This document shows positions 9,293 to 18,770 of a stretch of 64,000 nt of DNA, piece by piece. Position 1 is the stretch's first letter; each line of letters starts with the position of its first letter. The translations under genes and the position numbers were made by a program. The notes under the pieces were generated by a model. It saw only the letters and a program-made list of their open reading frames with translations. It was not told the DNA's origin and ran no database searches. Origin of the DNA: an uncultured Pseudomonadota bacterium (GTDB lineage Bacteria; Pseudomonadota; Alphaproteobacteria; Rs-D84); assembly GCA_949290785.1 (NCBI GenBank), contig CASETE010000023.1, forward strand, positions 10,537-74,536, written 5' to 3'.

Positions 9293-10471
9293 ATGCCACA
9301 AATAAAAATTATGTTTTGCATCCCGGAAATGCTCATCGGGGGCGTAGAATCTGTTTTCATACAAACATTAAAAAGACTATCGGAAAACAAGAATTTTAAC
9401 ATCACCGTAGTGATGCAAAAAAAACTTGAAGAACCATTTTATCAAGAATGGTTCACAGAACACAAAAACATTAAACTATACATTTTATATCCAAACGGTC
9501 ATATATTTGAACGTGCAAAAAAATATATGCCATGGTTTCCGCTGTCAAACATTCGCAAAATCGTGTACAGTTTATACAAAAAATCAAAAAACAAACAAGC
9601 CATAAAAAGGGGCTTGTTCAATGACTGTGACATTATTATTGATTATAAAAATTGTTCGTTTGCTAAAATACTAAAAAATATAAACAAACCAAAAATAGTT
9701 TGGATACACGGGTCTATTAATTATTTTAATGAAACAACCTGTAAGCAGTATTTTACAATCTATGATAAAATCGTCTGTCTGACGAAAGGTTTTATGCATG
9801 ACTTTCAGTCACAATATCCACAACACAAAAATAAAATTACACATATTTATAATCCGATAGATATAGAATCTATTCAAAAAGAAGCAAAAAAACTTCCCAC
9901 ATTTTCTGGTAAATATTTTTGCGCACTATCTAGATTGGATCACGACAAAGACATACCTACAATTATCAAGGCTTTTAATGAATTTTACGCAAAGGAAAAT
10001 TGTCCTGATGTAAATTTAATCCTAATTGGCTATGGTGATAATGCAAAAGCATTGAAGCAATATGCCAACAGTTTACCTTGTGCCAATAAGATTATTTTTA
10101 CTGGCGCAACGACCAAACCCTTTGGCTACCTTAAAGGTGCTTTGGCGCATATTTTATCTAGTCATAACGAGGTATTGGGGATGGTGTTACTAGAAAGCGC
10201 TGCTTGCGGGACATTAAATATCGCATCCAATTGTAAAAATGGGCCCGCCGAAATATTATTAAACGGCAAAGCCGGAATTTTATTTCAACCCGGAAATTCG
10301 TCAGAATTAGCAAAAGCGATGTCATCGGTTTGGCATAACGATATTGATTGCCAAGCCATGAAAAATTTGGCTACAACAAAACTAGACAGGTTTAACGTAG
10401 CCACAATAACTAAACATATCCAAGACTTAATTCTTCAAACGCTTAATTCAAAGGAAGCAAACAATGCCTAA
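9293..10471 (+). CDS. Glycosyltransferase family 4
   Basis: GGVE, IYNPID, RLDHDK, E-x7-E (EVLGMVLLE). Confidence 0.9.
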   Translation: MPQIKIMFCIPEMLIGGVESVFIQTLKRLSENKNFNITVVMQKKLEEPFYQEWFTEHKNIKLYILYPNGHIFERAKKYMPWFPLSNIRKIVYSLYKKSKNKQAIKRGLFNDCDIIIDYKNCSFAKILKNINKPKIVWIHGSINYFNETTCKQYFTIYDKIVCLTKGFMHDFQSQYPQHKNKITHIYNPIDIESIQKEAKKLPTFSGKYFCALSRLDHDKDIPTIIKAFNEFYAKENCPDVNLILIGYGDNAKALKQYANSLPCANKIIFTGATTKPFGYLKGALAHILSSHNEVLGMVLLESAACGTLNIASNCKNGPAEILLNGKAGILFQPGNSSELAKAMSSVWHNDIDCQAMKNLATTKLDRFNVATITKHIQDLILQTLNSKEANNA

Positions 10472-11345
10472 GATCTCAATTGTACTACCTTGCTATAATG
10501 GCGAACACTTTTTATCCAATAGTATTGATTCCATCATAAAGCAAACCATGCAAGACTGGGAACTGATAATAGTTAATGATTGTTCAACAGATAACTCTGC
10601 GATAATTGCGGAAAAATATGCCAAACAAGACAAACGTATTCAGGTAATACATAACAAAACAAATCGTAAACTACCCGGCAGCCTGAACGTAGGTTTCAAG
10701 CATGCAACAGGCAAATACCTAACATGGACAAGTGACGACAATATTTGTAAACCAAACTGGCTACAAACTTTATCGGACTACCTAGACGCGCACCCAGATA
10801 CAGACATGGTAAGCGCAAATATGGACATGATAGACGAAAACGGCAATGTTTACGATACATTCAAATCGCCAAACGACCGCACAACTTACAAAACCTTAGC
10901 ATACGCATGCAACATAGGGGCTGCCTTTATGTATCGCAAAGAAATTGCAGATAAAATCGGCAAATATGATGAAGACATGTTCTGTGCCGAAGATTATGAT
11001 TACTGGGTTCGTATCGCCCTTAACGGTAAAATAGATTATATAAACGATAATATTTATCAATACCGCAAGAACCAAAAATCTTTAACCGCAACGCAACAGC
11101 CAAGAATTCTGGCTAAAACTGCTGCCATACAAAATAAATACAAAAAACAATGGATAAAAAAACTGCGCTTAAATTGGTGGCAACGAAAAAAATTAGACTA
11201 TTTATTACGAAACAGGTTTTTACAATCCGAATTTAGTCTGGTTGGCATTCGTCATACACTGGTACGTCAATCTATCAACGCCATTTTATTTTGGAAACCA
11301 GACCTACGACGCAAATTAAAAAAACACACCGAAATAAAACTATAA
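10464..11345 (+). CDS. Glycosyltransferase family 2
   Basis: ISIVLPCYN, VNDCSTD, WTSDDN, EDYDYW. Confidence 0.9.
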   Translation: MPKISIVLPCYNGEHFLSNSIDSIIKQTMQDWELIIVNDCSTDNSAIIAEKYAKQDKRIQVIHNKTNRKLPGSLNVGFKHATGKYLTWTSDDNICKPNWLQTLSDYLDAHPDTDMVSANMDMIDENGNVYDTFKSPNDRTTYKTLAYACNIGAAFMYRKEIADKIGKYDEDMFCAEDYDYWVRIALNGKIDYINDNIYQYRKNQKSLTATQQPRILAKTAAIQNKYKKQWIKKLRLNWWQRKKLDYLLRNRFLQSEFSLVGIRHTLVRQSINAILFWKPDLRRKLKKHTEIKL

Positions 11346-11361
11346 AGAAAGGATTCTTATC

Positions 11362-12480
11362 ATGAAAAACATACTTGTCATCCTAGGAACAAGACCAGAA
11401 GCAATAAAGTTAGCACCCGTCATATTAGAACTACGCAAGAACCCGGAATTTAATGTGCTTATATGTAACACAGAACAACAAAAAGAACTTTCCAATCAAA
11501 CACTTAGCTTTTTCGGATTACAGGCTGACTTTAATCTTGACGTTATGCGGCCTAATCAAACATTGGCCGGCGTACAATCCAGAATATTAAACGCCTTGTC
11601 CGAGATATATCAGCACCAACATTTTGACGCTACAATCGTACAAGGCGATACTATGACGGTTTTTTGCGGGGCTTTGGTATCGTTTTATAATCGTATTCCC
11701 GTTTTTCACGTAGAAGCAGGTTTGCGTTCACATGACTTGTTTGAGCCCTTCCCAGAAGAAGCAATGCGACAAATGACATCACGAATAACGGAGTTACATT
11801 TCGCGCCTACACAACTGGCACATAACTTTTTGGTAAGCGAAGGTATAGATGAAAACAAAATAACGGTAACCGGTAATACTGTTATTGACGCCTTGTCTTG
11901 TTTATCTGCCAACACAATTGATACTGCCCGCAAAAATTTATCCGAAATCGGAATAAAACTTGATGACAAACTGGTATTAATAACGGCACACAGACGCGAA
12001 AATCACGGCACAAGACTGGACAACATTATTTCCGCGATTATAGAGTTAACATATAAATTTCCTGACCATCAATTTGTGCTTCCCGTACATCCAAACCCAA
12101 ACGTACACGACAAAGTACATAACGCACTGGGTAATATACCAAACGTTGTTTTAACGCAACCACTGGATTACCCGGAACTGGTTTGCATAATGAAAAACGC
12201 TAAACTGGTTTTAACTGATTCAGGCGGTATACAAGAAGAAGCACCGACATTCGGTACGCCCGTATTAGTTATGCGTTACGAAACAGAAAGAACAGAAGGA
12301 GTTTCAGCAGGCTTTGCCAAATTGGTCGGCGCGGATAAAGACAAAATCATTTCAGAATCTTCACGCATTTTATCGGTCCCGAAATCAGATACCAGACTAG
12401 ACGGCAGCAAAAACCCATACGGTGACGGAAAGGCTGCGCAGAAAATTACCCCTATAATCAAGAGGTTCTTTAATGCATAA
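11362..12480 (+). CDS. wecB: UDP-N-acetylglucosamine 2-epimerase (non-hydrolysing)
   Basis: GTRPEAIK, QGDT, HVEAGLRS, HRREN, DSGGIQEEAP, NPYGDG. Confidence 0.95.
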   Translation: MKNILVILGTRPEAIKLAPVILELRKNPEFNVLICNTEQQKELSNQTLSFFGLQADFNLDVMRPNQTLAGVQSRILNALSEIYQHQHFDATIVQGDTMTVFCGALVSFYNRIPVFHVEAGLRSHDLFEPFPEEAMRQMTSRITELHFAPTQLAHNFLVSEGIDENKITVTGNTVIDALSCLSANTIDTARKNLSEIGIKLDDKLVLITAHRRENHGTRLDNIISAIIELTYKFPDHQFVLPVHPNPNVHDKVHNALGNIPNVVLTQPLDYPELVCIMKNAKLVLTDSGGIQEEAPTFGTPVLVMRYETERTEGVSAGFAKLVGADKDKIISESSRILSVPKSDTRLDGSKNPYGDGKAAQKITPIIKRFFNA

Positions 12481-13273
12481 AAATCGCTTAATAGCAATAA
12501 CAATAATAAAAAACGAAGAAAATAATTACCTTCGCGATTGGTTAAAAAATATAGGAAAAATTACAGACTACCATATTTTCTTGGATGATGCCTCTACGGA
12601 TAATACGCCACAGATTATTACAGAGCACCTTAAAAAACATCCTGGCGAGTTACATAGACGTCGTACTTCTTTGTTTCGCACAAACGAACCGGCATTGCGT
12701 AGCGAACTTTGGGAGTATACACGCAACGTCGCACAACCGGGCGACTGGATTTTAATCGTTGATGCAGACGAATTTTATGACGAACATCTTACAAGAATCA
12801 AACGTAAATTATTATCTAATAAATGGCCCGATGCGCAGGTAATAAAAGTATCTTGTCTGGATATGTGGAACGAAAACGGATACAGAACAGATGGTTTTTG
12901 GTCGCCAAAACAATCCGACGTCAGAATTATCAGGTATATTGACACACCTTTTAATCCAAAAGGCAGTGCTTTACATATGCCACCATACCCATCTTCAACA
13001 GACATAACCAAGAACATAGATATAAATATTCCTAAAATACACTTGGCTTATCTACGCGATAATGATAAACAACGCAGATATCAATTTTATACGAAAAACG
13101 TATCCCAAGAACAAGACAATGTTTCTTATAAACATGCGTTATCAATTCTTGATACAAACGTAAAAATCACAGAAATATTTAATTTCTGGAAGGTTCTTAA
13201 TGCTTGGGTTAACGGTGATAAATTGTATTTACAAATATATAAAACAATTCAAAAACACAAAGGAAATAACTGA
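12473..13273 (+). CDS. Glycosyltransferase family 2-like
   Basis: IKNEE, LDDASTD, WILIVDADE. Confidence 0.8.
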   Translation: MHKNRLIAITIIKNEENNYLRDWLKNIGKITDYHIFLDDASTDNTPQIITEHLKKHPGELHRRRTSLFRTNEPALRSELWEYTRNVAQPGDWILIVDADEFYDEHLTRIKRKLLSNKWPDAQVIKVSCLDMWNENGYRTDGFWSPKQSDVRIIRYIDTPFNPKGSALHMPPYPSSTDITKNIDINIPKIHLAYLRDNDKQRRYQFYTKNVSQEQDNVSYKHALSILDTNVKITEIFNFWKVLNAWVNGDKLYLQIYKTIQKHKGNN

Positions 13274-14484
13274 TGATAAAAATTTTTAAAAAATTTTTCC
13301 GTATCATTCGTGACGTCGTGACCGTCCGACCACTACGTAAATATATAGAACGCAAAATAAAAGAACCTAAAATAAAAGCGTTGGTAAATTTAGTACAATC
13401 AAAATACGATGAAAATGCGGTGTTGATATTTCAATACCAAATGTATGACATATATGGTGACAAGTGCTATAACGGTGGCGCCGAAAGATATGTGACAGAT
13501 TTAGCGGATATTTTAATATCTTGTGGATATACACCTATTTTAATTCAAATGGGTAACAGCGATTCCGGCTTGTGGGAAAGGCAAGTTGGTAACCTGCGCA
13601 TTTTTGGTCTGCCTGTTAAAAACTATACCGAAACAATAGGATTTTTTTATAAATACAAGTTTGTAATTTATTCTGGTGCGATGTATTGGGGCTGCAAATT
13701 ACACCCTAATATTTTAATATCTCATGGCGTTACTTGGGATACACACCATTGGGACGTCAAACCACATGAAATATTTAATATTTTTTCTGATGTAGATAAA
13801 TTCGTATCTGTTGATACTAATACGATATCTTGGCTACGAACAACCTTTTCAAAGACAATGAAAGATTTTGATGCGCATTATGTTCCAAATTACGTAGATA
13901 CTAAACTTTATACCCCCAGCAAAAAAACTAATAAAGACGATAAAATACATATAACTTTCCCAAGACGCGCATCACCAGAAAGAGGTTATTGGCTGATGTC
14001 AGCAGCCTTGCCGCCTATAATGGAAAAATACCCGAACGTTGAATTTCGCTTTGTCGGCTTTGCACATGGCGACGCCATTAACAAAGACATGCAACGATTA
14101 ATTGAAAGGTTCCCCGGCCGCGTAACACATTGCGCCGTATTACCTGATGAAATGCCTAAAATATATCAGGAAACAGATATATCATTAGTTCCTACATTAT
14201 ATGCCGAAGGAACTTCTCTATCATGTCTGGAAGCTCAAAGCGCAGGAAACATCGTTATCGCTACAAACATAGGCGGATTACCCGACTTAATCATAGATGG
14301 TTTTAATGGGTTATTAATTAACCCAAATGGTAAAGAGTTAATGCAGGCATTAGATAAAGTACTAGCAGATAAACAACTGCAAGAAAAATTATCAAAAAAC
14401 GCGATTGCCGTCGCCCAAGCTTTTGATAAGAAAATATGGGTAAGCCGTTGGACTAAAATCATAACAAGCATGACAAAGGAATGA
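13273..14484 (+). CDS. Glycosyltransferase family 4
   Basis: GGAERY, PNYVD, EGTSLSCLEA, GGLPDLI..G.NG. Confidence 0.9.
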   Translation: MIKIFKKFFRIIRDVVTVRPLRKYIERKIKEPKIKALVNLVQSKYDENAVLIFQYQMYDIYGDKCYNGGAERYVTDLADILISCGYTPILIQMGNSDSGLWERQVGNLRIFGLPVKNYTETIGFFYKYKFVIYSGAMYWGCKLHPNILISHGVTWDTHHWDVKPHEIFNIFSDVDKFVSVDTNTISWLRTTFSKTMKDFDAHYVPNYVDTKLYTPSKKTNKDDKIHITFPRRASPERGYWLMSAALPPIMEKYPNVEFRFVGFAHGDAINKDMQRLIERFPGRVTHCAVLPDEMPKIYQETDISLVPTLYAEGTSLSCLEAQSAGNIVIATNIGGLPDLIIDGFNGLLINPNGKELMQALDKVLADKQLQEKLSKNAIAVAQAFDKKIWVSRWTKIITSMTKE

Positions 14485-14488
14485 TAAC

Positions 14489-15172
14489 ATGTCAAAAAAG
14501 ATTGAACAAAAAATGTGGCAACTTATCATCAAATGGAACAAGCCCGGAAATATAAAAGAAGATAAACAATTACTGAAAGTAATTACACAACACATGAAAA
14601 ATAAAACATCTGGCAAACTGCTGGATGCCGGTTGCGGTCTGGGCAACAATCTGAACCTGATAAAAAATGCCAACTTAGAACAACTGGAATTATTCGGCAT
14701 AGACGTAAATCCAGACTTAGTAGAAAACGCAACGAGGAACGGTTATCATGCAAAAATATCAGATTTAAGACACATACAATACCCAGATGAAACTTTTGAC
14801 ATTGTTATCGCAAGCCATGTCATAGAACACTTTGGATATCCAGACATAACGAATGTCTTACACGAATTATTCCGCGTTACAAAACCGGGCGGTATCGTCA
14901 TCATAAAGTCTTTATTATTTTGCAAGACTTTTTATAATGACATAGACCATGTACGACCTTACTATCCGGAAACGCTTGGCAATTATTTTTGCGCCGCCCA
15001 GCAACAACAAGTCGGCAACATAAAAGCCTATGAAATATATCGCTGGTATCAAACTTATCCACCGTTTTTCTCAACGTTTCGTTTTTCAGACATGTTAAAG
15101 ATGTATATCTGGAAATACACCAGATTATATCCGTCTGATAGATGTAATTATGGCGTTGTCTATAAAAAATAA
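14489..15172 (+). CDS. Class I SAM-dependent methyltransferase
   Basis: LLDAGCGLG, FDIVIASHVIEH, RVTKPGG. Confidence 0.85.
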   Translation: MSKKIEQKMWQLIIKWNKPGNIKEDKQLLKVITQHMKNKTSGKLLDAGCGLGNNLNLIKNANLEQLELFGIDVNPDLVENATRNGYHAKISDLRHIQYPDETFDIVIASHVIEHFGYPDITNVLHELFRVTKPGGIVIIKSLLFCKTFYNDIDHVRPYYPETLGNYFCAAQQQQVGNIKAYEIYRWYQTYPPFFSTFRFSDMLKMYIWKYTRLYPSDRCNYGVVYKK

Positions 15173-15185
15173 AAGGTACATAATA

Positions 15186-16001
15186 ATGAAACTATTTCAC
15201 AAAAAAGAACCGCAATCAAATAACATTGCAACATTATTACAACACATAAAAAAGCAACCTCGTCATATTTATAAAAAATTAAATGACGAAGCTTGGTCAA
15301 ATGCTCACGACGAACAACAACAAATACTTATAAACCAAATAAAAAATAACGATTTTTTAAATGAGTGGACTCTAGAAATAGAAAAGATATCAAAACCTGG
15401 CGATAAAATCATAGAAATCGGATGTGCCTTGGGCGCCAGTTCTTTATACTTAGCTAAACGTAATCGCATTGTAACTGGCTTAGATTATTCAAAAAAAATG
15501 TGCAAAACATTTGCAAATATTGCAAACGATTTAAATTTAAAAGTTAATACTGTATGTGCAGATATAACAAAAAAACTACCGTTACCAGATAATTTTTTCA
15601 ACATCGTTTGGCACGCCGGTGTATTAGAACATTTTTCAAATCAAGATGCACAATTTATAATTAACGAAAACGCTAGAATTTCTAACAATCTTGTTATATC
15701 AATGGTTCCAAACGCAGCATCCATAGCTTATCGTATAGGAAAAGAAATAGCAGAAAGAACTAATTCCTGGAATGCAGGTGAAGAAAACCCTAAATATACT
15801 CAAAAGGATCTGTTTATTTATGCTGGTTTAACAAATATAAAAGAATATACTATTGACTTACCTTTCGCTTTGGCCTTTTTACCAGCATCTGATTTAAAAA
15901 AATCCCTATCAGACATTTATATGAATCTGCCCACCCAAGATAATATTCATCAAGGATACTTATTGGTCACCATAGGAGAAAAACAATGCAAAAACCAATA
16001 A
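15186..16001 (+). CDS. Class I SAM-dependent methyltransferase
   Basis: IEIGCALG, GLDYS, GVLEHF; start 15186 has an AAGG SD (alternative 15150). Confidence 0.85.
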   Translation: MKLFHKKEPQSNNIATLLQHIKKQPRHIYKKLNDEAWSNAHDEQQQILINQIKNNDFLNEWTLEIEKISKPGDKIIEIGCALGASSLYLAKRNRIVTGLDYSKKMCKTFANIANDLNLKVNTVCADITKKLPLPDNFFNIVWHAGVLEHFSNQDAQFIINENARISNNLVISMVPNAASIAYRIGKEIAERTNSWNAGEENPKYTQKDLFIYAGLTNIKEYTIDLPFALAFLPASDLKKSLSDIYMNLPTQDNIHQGYLLVTIGEKQCKNQ

Positions 16002-17077
16002 TTTCAATAATAGTGGCAAATTATAATAACGATAAATATTTACATGATGCATTAAATTCTATTTTATACCAAACATTTACTAATTGGGAATGTATAATAG
16101 TAGATGATGGTTCTACTGATAATTCAAGAAATATCATAAACTCTTTTATAAAAAAAGATCCACGCTTTATCAAAATATTTAAACAAAACGGCGGTGTATC
16201 AACAGCTAGAAACATCGGCATAAAAAAAACTTCCGGTGAATATATAATGTTTTTAGATAGCGACGATTGCCTTGTGCAAAACGCCATGGAAGTTTTATAT
16301 ACTGTAGCCAAAATGACTGATGCCGACAGAATAGGCGGACGTTTAATACCCGTATCAGCGCAATTTCATTACACCCCTTTACTTAATACATTTACCTCGC
16401 CACAAGAATTAACAACGTTTCACTTATATACAAACCCTATACCAGATTTTTTAAATAATTATTTATATAATCCTGATTATCCATGGGTAACTGTGTGGAG
16501 ACAGATGTATAGAAAAAAAGCTATTAATGGAATTTCTTTCCCTGTAGATACAATAAACGCCTTTGAAGACGGCATATTTATGACGGATGTTATAAGCAAT
16601 ATAAAAAACTTCGTAGAAATTGATAATACAATTGTATATTTTAGAATATCTCCGAACAGTTTATGCCGCAGCGGAGAAAAGACTAATAAGTTGATTATGT
16701 TATCTGGCAAAAACGCTTTAACACATGCTGTTACATCATTGCAGAATAGCAATGAATATTCTTACCCTTTATATTTAAAAGCACATAAATTTATTATAAA
16801 GTATATTATAGATATGGGTGTTATAGATATTCTAAAACAAAATAAAACATCTTTATACGATATATCTTCAAACATAATGAATGAATTATATGATTCTAAA
16901 TTAATGCCTAAAATTTATATAAAAAAAAGCAACCGCATAGTAATATGGTGTGTAAAACGCAAATATTTTAAACTTGCTAGATACATTTTAATACATGATA
17001 TCAAATATTCTATATTAAATATAATCACCTTTGGGCTTATACAACCTATAAGAAAGAAAAGAAAACGCAAACTTTAG
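15986..17077 (+). CDS. Glycosyltransferase family 2
   Basis: VDDGSTD, NGGVSTARN.G, FLDSDD. Confidence 0.9.
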   Translation: MQKPIISIIVANYNNDKYLHDALNSILYQTFTNWECIIVDDGSTDNSRNIINSFIKKDPRFIKIFKQNGGVSTARNIGIKKTSGEYIMFLDSDDCLVQNAMEVLYTVAKMTDADRIGGRLIPVSAQFHYTPLLNTFTSPQELTTFHLYTNPIPDFLNNYLYNPDYPWVTVWRQMYRKKAINGISFPVDTINAFEDGIFMTDVISNIKNFVEIDNTIVYFRISPNSLCRSGEKTNKLIMLSGKNALTHAVTSLQNSNEYSYPLYLKAHKFIIKYIIDMGVIDILKQNKTSLYDISSNIMNELYDSKLMPKIYIKKSNRIVIWCVKRKYFKLARYILIHDIKYSILNIITFGLIQPIRKKRKRKL

Positions 17078-17121
17078 CCCGCATACCAGTGCAACATGTG
17101 CACTGGTATGTTTATCACATA

Positions 17122-17577
17122 TTAAAAACCGCATGCGAACCACATTCTGGACGCATCATCTACGGCGCCACCATTCCAACGAACTTGTATGCTGACGCCT
17201 GTTTCTATCTTGTTTGCGTAACTTACGGATATCGTTCCAATACCACCGTCAATCATTACTGGCAACGCCATAACAGTATATTCAGTATTAATAAACGAAA
17301 TCGGAAAAACAATATTAGCACTAACAGAAGTCCCCCCCTGTTCCAACCAACCCGACTTATATTTACGATACCAAGACAAACCGTCTTCTGACACAAAAGT
17401 ATCTGCAATTGTGTCACCTACTAAATCCTGACGCGCCAAGGCAAAACCGCCGGGGTTAATACCGTCATGAACCCGCAACGTATTGTTTGTTGTATCTACG
17501 GTTATTTCGCCTTCGGCGCCGACAAAAGTATTATGCTCAACGGCACTTCCGCGCCTGAACTGAACTTGACGAGACAT
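17122..17577 (-). CDS. Orphan phage fibre/spike-like protein (Mtd N-terminal-like domain plus tail-fibre C-terminal gp53/H-lectin-like domain)
   Basis: QVQFRRG...GAEGEITVDT...VHDG..PGG N-terminus; WYRKYKSGWLEQGG...FPISF C-terminus; AAGGA SD. Confidence 0.75.
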   Translation of the reverse strand: MSRQVQFRRGSAVEHNTFVGAEGEITVDTTNNTLRVHDGINPGGFALARQDLVGDTIADTFVSEDGLSWYRKYKSGWLEQGGTSVSANIVFPISFINTEYTVMALPVMIDGGIGTISVSYANKIETGVSIQVRWNGGAVDDASRMWFACGF

Positions 17578-17611
17578 ATTTTAATCCTTTTAGTTTGAAG
17601 TTTTTGGACAT

Positions 17612-17638
17612 AAAAAAATCGCCCAACATCGGCGATTT
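17612..17638 (-). terminator. Intrinsic terminator in front of the fibre-like gene
   Basis: Minus strand AAATCGCC-GATGTTG-GGCGA followed by 7 T. Confidence 0.75.
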
Positions 17639-17648
17639 AGTGGATATG

Positions 17649-17677
17649 ATTATACCAAAAAATAGGACAAAAAGCAA
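17649..17677 (-). promoter_or_regulatory. Sigma70-type promoter
   Basis: TTGCTT-N17-TATAAT with extended -10 TG. Confidence 0.6.
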
Positions 17678-17678
17678 A

Positions 17679-18758
17679 TTATTTCAATTCGTCCGCCAAA
17701 GTTGCAATCGCTATCGCGTACCAATTGGAATTATTCCAACGCTTTATCCTGTAAAAATTGGGATATGTTAAATATGCAACAACAACTGGTTGCGGTGCAA
17801 CATCTGTATCAATCGCATTTGGGTCTATGACATTTGATTTACTGTGTGCGATCGCCGTGGCCTTGGCATCGTTAATCATATTTATATCCGCCACCAAACC
17901 AGCCGTCATATCCATAACAGGCAAAGGACTGCCGTCGGGGTTCGTAACGCCCATATACGCCCATTCAGACAAATTCTTTTTCGTTTTACCGTCTAATAAA
18001 GACACATCAAAATTAATCGGTATGACAACCTTGCGAACTATTTTTTCGTTCTCGTTCCAGCCCAGGCGATTTAAATAGTTGCCAGCACTAAACATCGCGT
18101 CACCAACGCTATGAATAATGTCTATTTTGCCATCCCCATTACCGTCTGCGCCGTATTGCATTAATGTCGTCGGAATAAATTGAAAGTGCCCCATCGCCCC
18201 TGCCCAACTACCTTGAACATCATTTATGTCCAAGTCATTATCATCAGCTATTTTCATCAGTGCCAATAACTGCTTTTCAAAAAACTCTTGCCTGCGCCCC
18301 TCATACATCAAAGTCAAAAACGCATCCGTTAATTTATGACGTGCTTTATTAGCGCCATAATTGGATTCCAAACCCCAAAACGCCAATATCACATGTGGTT
18401 GAACGCCATATTTCTGCTCTACCCGCGATAACATCGTAGGATAAGTTTGACGCATTTGTTTACCTTCGGTAATTCTGCGCTGATTAACTGTACGAGCCAA
18501 ATAACCATCTAATGTCAATTTAAATTCTGCTTGATTCCTGTCACTTTTTACAATAGAAGGTATAAACGCCGGCGAACGAAATGTCGCATTTATCGTATCT
18601 TGCGAAATATTCTGACTGGCGGCCTTGCCTTTGATATCTTCAATTATCGCATACCATCTGTCTATATCAAACACGCCAGAGTCCGCCCACAAGTTAAGCG
18701 GGGCCACACAAAATAACGCAACGCCACAAAGGCGCGCAACAACACTTTTAACTGTCAT
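17679..18758 (-). CDS. Lytic murein transglycosylase (MltB/SLT_2 family)
   Basis: QAEF, WGLESNYG, GSWAGAMGHFQFIPT, DGNGDGKID, WNNS..YA. Confidence 0.9.
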   Translation of the reverse strand: MTVKSVVARLCGVALFCVAPLNLWADSGVFDIDRWYAIIEDIKGKAASQNISQDTINATFRSPAFIPSIVKSDRNQAEFKLTLDGYLARTVNQRRITEGKQMRQTYPTMLSRVEQKYGVQPHVILAFWGLESNYGANKARHKLTDAFLTLMYEGRRQEFFEKQLLALMKIADDNDLDINDVQGSWAGAMGHFQFIPTTLMQYGADGNGDGKIDIIHSVGDAMFSAGNYLNRLGWNENEKIVRKVVIPINFDVSLLDGKTKKNLSEWAYMGVTNPDGSPLPVMDMTAGLVADINMINDAKATAIAHSKSNVIDPNAIDTDVAPQPVVVAYLTYPNFYRIKRWNNSNWYAIAIATLADELK

Positions 18759-18770
18759 ATGAACACCTTC

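Noticed and set aside
15490-16930. Poly-A runs in glycan genes as phase-variation tracts
   Set aside because: Runs of about 8 A encoding Lys are common throughout this AT-rich sequence, and all frames are intact
17122-17577. Diversity-generating retroelement suggested by the Mtd-like domain
   Set aside because: Only the N-terminal domain resembles Mtd; no reverse transcriptase, avd or TR/VR repeat pair was seen in the window
17679-18758. Lytic transglycosylase as VirB1 or phage lysin
   Set aside because: Motifs match the housekeeping MltB family, and it lies 30 kb from the virB genes
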